Shown here piece after piece: positions 51,850-64,000 of a stretch of 64,000 nucleotides of DNA (positions are counted from its first letter, which is position 1; the number at the start of each line of letters is the position of its first letter). This DNA is from Eledone cirrhosa (taxonomy: Eukaryota). A program made the translations under genes and the position numbers. Below the pieces are notes generated by a model, which worked only from the letters and a program-made list of their open reading frames with translations, did no database searches and was not told where the DNA came from. The stretch covers positions 221,836,001-221,900,000 of the forward strand of contig OZ024740.1 of assembly GCA_964016885.1 (NCBI GenBank), written 5' to 3'.

Positions 51850-53950
51850 AGGCGTAGTTATAATGTTGTGCAAATGAATATCACAAACGTTCCATCAAAC
51901 AGAATCTGTCCATTTTCAATTTATGTTATAGTTCTAATAACTGAACATGTGAGCACTTCATATCAACGAAAATTCGGCGTTGGTTTTAGTTTACTTGTAT
52001 GGGTAAATATAAAACTAGAGCTAGATAAATAAGCGCTGTGATCAATACAAGCAGGATATTACATCTGTATGCTATATATTTCAAAAAGTACATCCGAGCA
52101 TTTCAATCAAATAGTTACAGCCATGTATGTTTATGATTTGTGTTAGCAGAAATACATCTATTTCACACACTGTATTGATTACTAACTCATAAATCTTTGT
52201 AGATTATTGACCATCTTTTTAATTCAGATCGAAGATATAATAAACGTATGCTCGGCAGAACGGCTCATTAGAATTATCTTGTATAGTATAAGATTATTTA
52301 TTGCAAAGAACTATCATAAATGTATTTGAAGGAGAAACGATATAACTACTGCGCGGACATTCAACTTGGTTTCCTTGTATAGCTGGTGCCTGTATATTCC
52401 TAAAATATATTAACACATAATATATTAACATATAACAGTCATCTTATCTCCAGGAAAATAGTAATGGCTGCCAACCACAAGTACAGTGTGTATCAGAAGG
52501 ATATGACTCCATCGGAAAACTGATTTATAGACTTGAGATTGCTCGGCAAATATATAGATATACTACAATATTATGGTGACCACACGCACACGCCTGAGCT
52601 ATGTGATAGCTCGATCTGCTAAACATAGCAGTCAGATTTCCTTCAAATCATAATGAATATCAAAAATTACAAAATAGAATGAGAAAAGTTTATACATTAA
52701 TCGTCCTAGTAGACATTATATCTTATACAAAGAACAGCTTCATCATGGCATGAATACCTGCTCAATCAAGGCAGACATAAAATGCAAGTCTATGACAATA
52801 AATAAATTAATAGCAAGCTATCTCGCATATATTCGAACGTATAACACCAATCATTCGCTCACATTCAAATATAAATATGGTACTTATGGCTGTGTTTCTC
52901 ATTACTGGTGTAATTTCAAAACAATAAACATTTTTGGGTGTCACAGCATAAAGTATGTGTCTGCACGCAACTATACATAGCAGTATAACAGATTAGCTTT
53001 AAAGTTCGCTTCGTAATCATAAAATCCCGTTTTTTTTTCTCACGGCATGACATCTTAGACATGTCATTTACAGTAGTCTCGGGTCGATCGAAGCCTTGTG
53101 AGCAAAATTGGGTTGATGAAAACTGTTGTGAAGCTCATCGGAAGGATTGTACTTATATTTCAGAAAATCAGCTTTGTCACACATCGCATCACATTGAATC
53201 CTCCTCAGAAATACGTTAATATACGTGTCCCTGAAATGCTCAGCCACTTGCATATTACTGAAACTCTCATCTCAACCGACAAGAAAATTAATGGTACCTG
53301 TATTTCAAAAGTTCAGTCTTTGCATACACCATTCCATGCTTAATCTTGATGTGAATTACGCTAAATGCACACATGCCAGTAAAATTCTGGGTCACAAGCA
53401 CATTAATATCAGAAGCAGCCTGTTCCGTTGATCAAGCAGTTGGAGCATTCATCGTTGTAACCGATGCAGTTCCATTCCATTCAATTCTATATTATTCCAT
53501 TTCATTCGAGTCTCTGATTAATAGCAAGCTTCAACGAATTTTAGATACGTAGATGTTTTACTCAATGCATATAAACACCTAGAACAGGTGTTTATATCAC
53601 ACAAGATATAGCTTCCGCCATCGCTATCTCCAGTGTACTATTGTTGAATATGGCGTAATATTGTTAGAAAAATTAGCACATAAATATATGACATATTTAA
53701 ATGTTTTACAGCTTTCACTAAATAAAGTAGATTCATACTTTCCAATAACTATTGTTCGAGCGATATATTATTCTTGGAAAGTAATATGCATTGCATATTT
53801 TTCTATAAATGTGGGAACTTGTAATAAGGAAACATTGAATGGATTTCAAGGAGATGAAATAGATTTCTCAAGTAGGACGGTTCTGGAGAGTTGGTGCTGT
53901 TATATATAGGAAACAGCAATTGTAAACGTTATATTAACTATTGTAGACTG
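51850..53950 (-). pseudogene. Possible decayed class C GPCR remnant, copy 4
   Basis: Minus-strand peptides VSY.TAPTLQNR (~53890, VFT), SPSNTFMIVL, FCRAY, TKIY, EIDVFLL, LKCS..AY..LLVLI, in collinear order. Confidence 0.35.
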
Positions 53951-54383
53951 TCTAATGTAGAAGATTATCTAATCCTAAATTGATAGTACAAGCAAATGTG
54001 TTCTGAATTGTAACAAAAAAAACAAAAAAAAAACAAAAACAAACAAACAACAACAACAACAATAAAACAATCTAAAATTATTGGCCCGAAAATAGGTCAA
54101 ATAATAAAAGAGTAAAGATTAAATAGAAGAGTCATAACTAGTGGTTAATCTTTAAGGTAACTATATGGGTAATACAAATCTAGGTCTCATTGACAATTAG
54201 GTGTGTTTTATGCAGAGGTATAACAAGGGAATATAGCGCCCGTGACAAAGCTCCTGCTCACGCAGCAAGCTATATAGTAGTTGTTAGACAATTGGATTGA
54301 AAGGGCAGTTTAAATAAATGAGGGTTTAGTATATTAAACTGCATTTTCATTTGTTCTACAGATACCCTTTACGCTTAAATAGA

Positions 54384-54546
54384 CCGTATTTCCCGGCGCC
54401 GAAGACGCTTCGCCTCGAGGACGCACCCTAATTTTGACAACCAAAAATGTGAAAAAAAAAAATAACCTTCTGCCTCCAATACGCATGGTAGATTTTTGAG
54501 ACTTATTTTAGGAAAAAAGTAGCACCTTCGACGCCGGAAAGTACGG
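54384..54546. mobile_element. Tc1/mariner-superfamily (Tc2/pogo-like) MITE, 163 bp
   Basis: TIRs CCGTATTTCCCGGCGCCGAAG and CTTCGACGCCGGAAAGTACGG, the latter followed by TA. Confidence 0.75.
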
Positions 54547-55499
54547 TAAGTAAAGTATTGGCAAAAATGTTAGTGTATTTAAAGGGAGTAATCTGTGTAA
54601 TACTGATCTTTGACAAATATTTGACAAGTCATACTATGAACTATGCCTCTGTGATCATGTAGTTCCCATCACTGTATTTATACCTATGGGCCTAATGATT
54701 TATATAAACGGTTTAATGATCAGCCACAATAGTGTTTCTCACCCATGATAATCAAAGACAGATCATACAACTGAAGGAGTTTATTTTATCATTCTCTTAC
54801 GATAGCTTATTTGACTTTAATAGAAAGTGCTCCTAGTCCAGGTAGCGACTCCTTTCAAGAAGCGCCAATGGCACGTGCCATGCTTGCAATACCCTAGATA
54901 CGTCTCTGGTTTTATGAATAATTTCTGTTTTAGGCAAAATGCCAGTAATTTTGTGGGAGCAAAAAAGTCAATTAAATCGACCCCAGTAAATAACTGAAAT
55001 TATTTGTGTGAAGGCGTCTTACTTTGTGAATAGGGTGTTTGGCCCACACTCTTAACGTTGTGAATCCAATTCTTGGTGGTGCATTTTTGTCCTTGAGCAA
55101 GATACTTTATTTCATGTTGTTCCAGTTCAGTTAAGTGGCAAACGTGTTACGCTGAATCTCTTTGAGAACAATTTTAAGGGTGCTTGTGGCTGAAGAATGC
55201 TCAGCCACTTTTATGTTAATTTCTTAGGTAGACTGTTTCGCTATTTGAAATGAAGGAATAATGCATTAATTTCCATCCCCCAAGAACAGTTACTATCACT
55301 CATAAAGATACACATTCTTTTATTTTTTTACTTGTTGCAGTCATTAGATTGCAGCCATGTTTGACCACGGATTTGCAAGGATTTAATCGATCATATCGAC
55401 ACCAGTAATTTATTTTCATCTCCTCTACCTATTTTAACGATCAATGTTTGTCGAAACTCTGGTTTACGAGACATAAATACAGACACAGTGACAGACAAA

Positions 55500-55699
55500 A
55501 TTATATAGAGTCAAAAACAAAAAACACACTTTTTTTCATTCTCGTTCTTTTCTTTCTATGTTTCTTCCTAACTATTATGCAATTATACACCTGATGATGT
55601 CACCGGGTTCATACGTAACCTGGCCACTGAAATGTGCATAGTATTTGCAGTAATAAAATCTAAAGGAATACAACCTGTCCTGCCTCCGGTCATTTTACC

Positions 55700-55705
<6 letters not shown>
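55500..55705 (+). mobile_element. Solo Family-E-related repeat end with a hammerhead at ~55586-55644
   Basis: CTGATGA-TGTCACCGGGTTCATACGTAACCTGGCCACT-GAAA-TGTGCA-TA-GTA...TAATAAA...GCCTCC.GTCATTTTA then (TA)n, homologous to the reverse complement of 46981-47094. Confidence 0.75.
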
Positions 55706-55751
<46 letters not shown>

Positions 55752-55770
55752 CAAAAGTGTAAGTCACCAT

Positions 55771-56144
55771 GTTAAAATTAACTTCGTTTATTCATATTGA
55801 TGCAATATATATTACTCAACAGTTATGACCTCATCAGGCAGCTAGAACTTGAAGGGAAAATAGACAGAAAAATATAATGGTGGAACAAAATTTACCTCCG
55901 TTATTTTGTTCATATGCCTAGTTTCGAAGTGTGGTGTTGTTTTCTCGAGGTTGACTTTGCCTTTCATCCTTACGTGGTCGATAAAATAAAGTACCAGTAA
56001 TGCACTGGGTAATTGCTGGCCTTGTGCCTGAAGTAGAAACGATTATGTTTTCATTTTATTTTCTATTCAAGTTCTAGCTGCCTGATGGGGTCATCACCGA
56101 AATATATATTGCAGCGAATATGAATAAAAGAAGTTAATTTTAAC
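55771..56144. mobile_element. Family G: inverted pair of hammerhead-bearing repeats with a SINE fragment between the arms
   Basis: 55771-55880 is the inverted counterpart of 56040-56144. Confidence 0.8.
56077..56115 (+). ncRNA. Minimal hammerhead (A9 to G variant)
   Basis: GCTGC-CTGATGG-GGTCATCACC-GAAA-TATATA-TT-GCAGC with a 5-bp stem I. The mirror arm keeps CTGATGA. Confidence 0.7.
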
Positions 56145-56270
56145 CCGCTACCTTAAATTTCTTGTTTTTAAATTACTTTTTAAATTACTCTGGAGTAAAC
56201 AGATCCACCTGCGCACTTCATTAAGTGTTCTAATGCATGCTGAAGTCTCAGTAAACAACCAACACATACT

Positions 56271-56375
<105 letters not shown>

Positions 56376-57103
56376 ATACATATATATATTTATATATATA
56401 TAACTGTTTCTGCAAGTTTCCATCTACAAAATTTCACTCACAAAGCATTGGTCCACTAATGACTATAATGTCCAAGCTCTCATGCGGTAGGCCGAACACG
56501 AAACCATATGGTTAAGTCTATGCAACAGAATTCTTAGTTTAAGTCTAAGTTGTTAAATGATGATTAAATATTACACCAGTGGAAGTAAATAATTATTTTT
56601 GTCATACAATTGATATATTCGTTATTATCAACAAATAACAAAAATGAGCAGAAGAGCTATCGAGGAAATCTAGAAAAATGCTCTATGTTTTAAGACACGA
56701 AGCACCCAGTGTATGTAGGACACAAAAGACTAATGGTGTATCGAAGTACATCCGTAGGTGATTACAACTTGAGCATTCGTAAAACTGATGCGTTTCAGGT
56801 GTGAAATTATTTCGTTATTGATTTACAGACATCATTTTCTAGATTATTACATGATCATTGATCTCATACTTTCCGAATGAATTGTAGACTTGACGACTTG
56901 GAATATTAATCCTAGTAGCACTCATCACTCTCTAGTTTTTACCATAGGCAATTTAATTTGTTCCAGAGAGATAGAGATAGAGAGATAGGGAGAGGGAGAG
57001 ATATAGAGAGAGTGAGAAAGAGGGACAGAGAGGGAGAGAAAAGGAGTGAGAAAGGGAGATATATATATAGATGTAGATAGAGATAGAGAAAGAGAGAGTG
57101 ATC

Positions 57104-57134
<31 letters not shown>

Positions 57135-57138
57135 TGAA

Positions 57139-57233
<95 letters not shown>

Positions 57234-57249
57234 AGGGGCAGAACGATAC

Positions 57250-57395
57250 TCAGTGCTGGACTATACGTTACTTATCAACCCTGAAAGAATGAAAAGCAAA
57301 GATGGCCTCGCCGGGATTTGGATTCAGAGCACATCAAACAGTACCGCAAATCAGTCTATGCGACGCCATAACGATTGTGCTAATCCGTCGCCATT
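57250..57395 (-). mobile_element. Degenerate tRNA-derived SINE
   Basis: Reverse complement of the GGCGACGGATTAGCAC head and the CGAGG...TTTCAT...GATAA body. Confidence 0.55.
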
Positions 57396-57854
57396 ATAAG
57401 TGAGATAATTGACTAATAATACTGTGTATATTCTATTTCTGTAAAATTATTGTAGTTCGTTAATTAAAGATATCTATGATTAAAGGAAAATATAAAGTGC
57501 TGTCTTGTTAGTAAGCCTCGTGATGCAATGACTGCTAATGAATACTAAAACAGTCTCAAATGCGCAGCCTCAACTACGACAGTGTGAACAAATCGATGGT
57601 TAACCATCCCAACATTCACCAAAAGCCAACAACTACCACCACCACAGCCAACACCACAAACACCACCAACACCACCAACACGACCAACACCACCGCTACC
57701 ATCATTAATACGACCACCAAGTTCACTAGCATCAATACCCATAAACCCCCCCCCCCCCCCACTACCATCACCACCACCACCGCCACCACCACACAAAGAG
57801 CAACAGCACCACCACCAAGACCATCACTACCACCTCCGCCATCACCACCGCATC

Positions 57855-57855
57855 A

Positions 57856-57898
<43 letters not shown>

Positions 57899-57917
57899 TT
57901 ACTACTACTACTACTAC
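57855..57917. repeat. (CTA)n trinucleotide repeat adjoining an (ACC)-rich low-complexity tract
   Basis: Direct inspection. Confidence 0.9.
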
Positions 57918-58921
57918 CACAACGGCAGTCACAACAACGAAAATTAATCAAATGTGCTGCTGCCAAGAAAATCATCATTTTATTTGATGATATCGCTCCA
58001 TTCCAATAATTAACCACCAGATTGGAAATCTTAGCTACAAAGAGGAATATCTGCGAAAAAAAAAAAAAAAAAAAAAAAATGAATAGTAATGTAATGAAAG
58101 TAAGTTGAGAGAAAATTGTAGAAATCACAAACAGCGAAGGTGGTTTCTTCTAGCTTGCTATAGTGTTAACAATAATGAAAAGTAATTAATCATCTCAATT
58201 GCTAATGTAAACAAATGAAGGAACACATACAAAGAAGAGAAAGACAAAGCTGCCAGGCTCATGACTCAAATAATCTTAAGTTTATGAAATAATCTGTTGA
58301 AGTTTATGTCAGTTTTCTTGTTAAATAATTAAATGATGTACAGCCGCAACTAACATCTTCGCTCGCTACTATATTTACCATATCATACATATTCTAATCT
58401 TTTCGGCCGAACGATTTTAATTAAGTAGAAAATAAAATAAATTTCATTTTAATAATAATTAAGTTCAAAGTAAACACAACACAACGCTAATATATTTTCA
58501 TATCTTCTTCTCTGCTTAAATTAAAATTCACGCGGAAAATAAATCAAACGCGCTATAAGCAGGAATATTTGTGGATAAATTCAGCAAAATATTTGAAAAA
58601 CAAATCTGCCTTCAATATTTGCTTTGGTTTAATTTATTATAAGTTCAAGAAAATTCGTTTCATTTTTTTCTTCATTTTCCAAAGAAGCTTCAGAAAAATA
58701 TCATGCAGCTTGTTTTCTGAAATTATTATTCGATATTCTTTAAGTTCCAACAGGAATAAATAAACATACATTTTTTTTGTAAGTGATATTCAAAATCAGA
58801 TAATCAAATCGTGTCAATAAAGGTGTATTATATAGGGATGGAATTTTAAATTAAATTCTTGTGCCATTTTATCTCTGCCTCTCCTCTTCTTCCCCCCTTT
58901 CCTCTCTCTTTTCTGCAACAC

Positions 58922-58971
<50 letters not shown>

Positions 58972-58973
58972 CA

Positions 58974-59094
<121 letters not shown>

Positions 59095-59524
59095 GTATGT
59101 GTGCGTGTGTGTGTGTGTATGTATGTGTTTATGCATTAAAGTTCAGTTATAATGAATTATTTATTTCTAGTATTGGAATCTAGTTTTATTACTACTCTAC
59201 CTTCCAGAAATATTAAACGCTGTACACCGAAGACAGGATTCATCTGATGAGGCTCATGCGTATGTATTTTAATTTTGTTTTAATTTTAATTTTGATTTTG
59301 ATTTTGAATTTGAATTGCTATACAGAAATAATATAGTATAATATATGCCACTCCACTGTACATCAATATATATATATATATATGTATCTGTATGTCTCTT
59401 GCGTTGGAAAGGAGGTCAATTATGTGTACAAACATTGAAAAATGCTCCGAAGACTCTAAGCCTAGGTTTGGATGAAATAATTGTAAGTGAATAAATGCTT
59501 TGAACATAGCTTTGATTCTTGTGA

Positions 59525-62940
<3,416 letters not shown>

Positions 62941-62972
62941 CCCATCCTTATACACGCACACACACACACACA

Positions 62973-63004
<32 letters not shown>

Positions 63005-63008
63005 TGCA

Positions 63009-63089
<81 letters not shown>

Positions 63090-63090
63090 A

Positions 63091-63126
<36 letters not shown>

Positions 63127-63154
63127 CACACGCACGCACGCACGCACACACGCA

Positions 63155-63245
<91 letters not shown>

Positions 63246-63401
63246 GTGGTAACACAACAGTTAGTTCACCATACAGAGAACAATTGTTTCACTTTAGCGG
63301 ATACTCAGCTCGTCTATCAATTATATTGATACTTATATAAATATAAGTATCAATATTCATGAATGGGACATAGATATATAATATGAGAAATTAAACATTG
63401 T

Positions 63402-63520
63402 TCAATAATTGTTTCTACTTTAGGCACAAGGCCAGCAATTACCCAGTTCATTACTGGTACTTTATTTTATCGACCCCGTAAGGATGAAAGGCAAAGTCAA
63501 CCTCGGCTGGATTCAATAAT
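63402..63520 (-). mobile_element. 5'-truncated SINE with a TTCAATAAT target-site duplication
   Basis: Reverse complement of the SINE body and tail, flanked by TTCAATAAT. Confidence 0.8.
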
Positions 63521-64000
63521 GACCATATGTTTAGTTTAGAAACTTGAGATCAATATACCAAAATCTGAGTTCAAAATGTAGCCTTGCTATAGAGATTAGT
63601 ATTTTATGCAAAGACATACAAATATATATGTATATATACATACATATAGATACGCACGTCCTGAAAATAGAAATTATGTTTACTCAAGCCAACAATATAG
63701 CCATACGAAATGTAAATGATTTCTCTTAATCACTGCTATACATTCCTTGTGTTATAAAAATTTCACAGTATATATATACAAATATATACGATTAACAATC
63801 ATGTCCTCATATATACGATTACCATTCATGTGTTTAACATTATGCACATCTGCAACATACCTCTCAACGACATAGATATATACACATACATATATACACA
63901 TACATATGTATAAATAAATATTTGCGTGCGTCCTCATGCATCACTCATGCATATATACAGACACATATACAAACAGAAAAAATCTATAACACTTTCTATG

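Noticed and set aside
57545-58128. Thr/Pro/Leu-rich ORF resembling a mucin
   Set aside because: Built from (ACC)n and (CTA)n repeats, with no domain or splice evidence.
59243-59262. CTGATGAGGC as a hammerhead core
   Set aside because: No downstream GAAA, stem II or stem III.

Overview
Eukaryotic, AT-rich, microsatellite-saturated DNA. The SINE, LINE and Penelope content plus huge (TA)n/(CA)n/(GA)n runs suggest a cephalopod such as Octopus (inference). I see no intact host gene. Contents: (1) about six decayed Penelope-like elements (PLE; RT and/or GIY-YIG), several followed by minimal type-I hammerhead ribozyme (HHR) motifs; (2) RTE-type LINE fragments, one fused directly to an 18S rRNA fragment; (3) a decayed autonomous Helitron joined head-to-tail to a non-autonomous derivative; (4) tRNA-derived SINEs and a Tc/mariner-type MITE; (5) remnants of what looks like a tandem array of about four pseudogenised GABA-B-like class C GPCR genes, all on the minus strand. 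The most striking signal is a set of at least six unrelated small non-coding, mostly HHR-bearing retroelement families (retrozyme-like PLE parasites) sitting inside (TA)n runs. They show terminal redundancy or circular permutation, and they form fold-back palindromes with one shared polarity: 5' ends meet in the centre, 3' ends point out into TA. In several cases the inversion point lies inside the ribozyme itself. All calls are by eye; no searches or folding were run.
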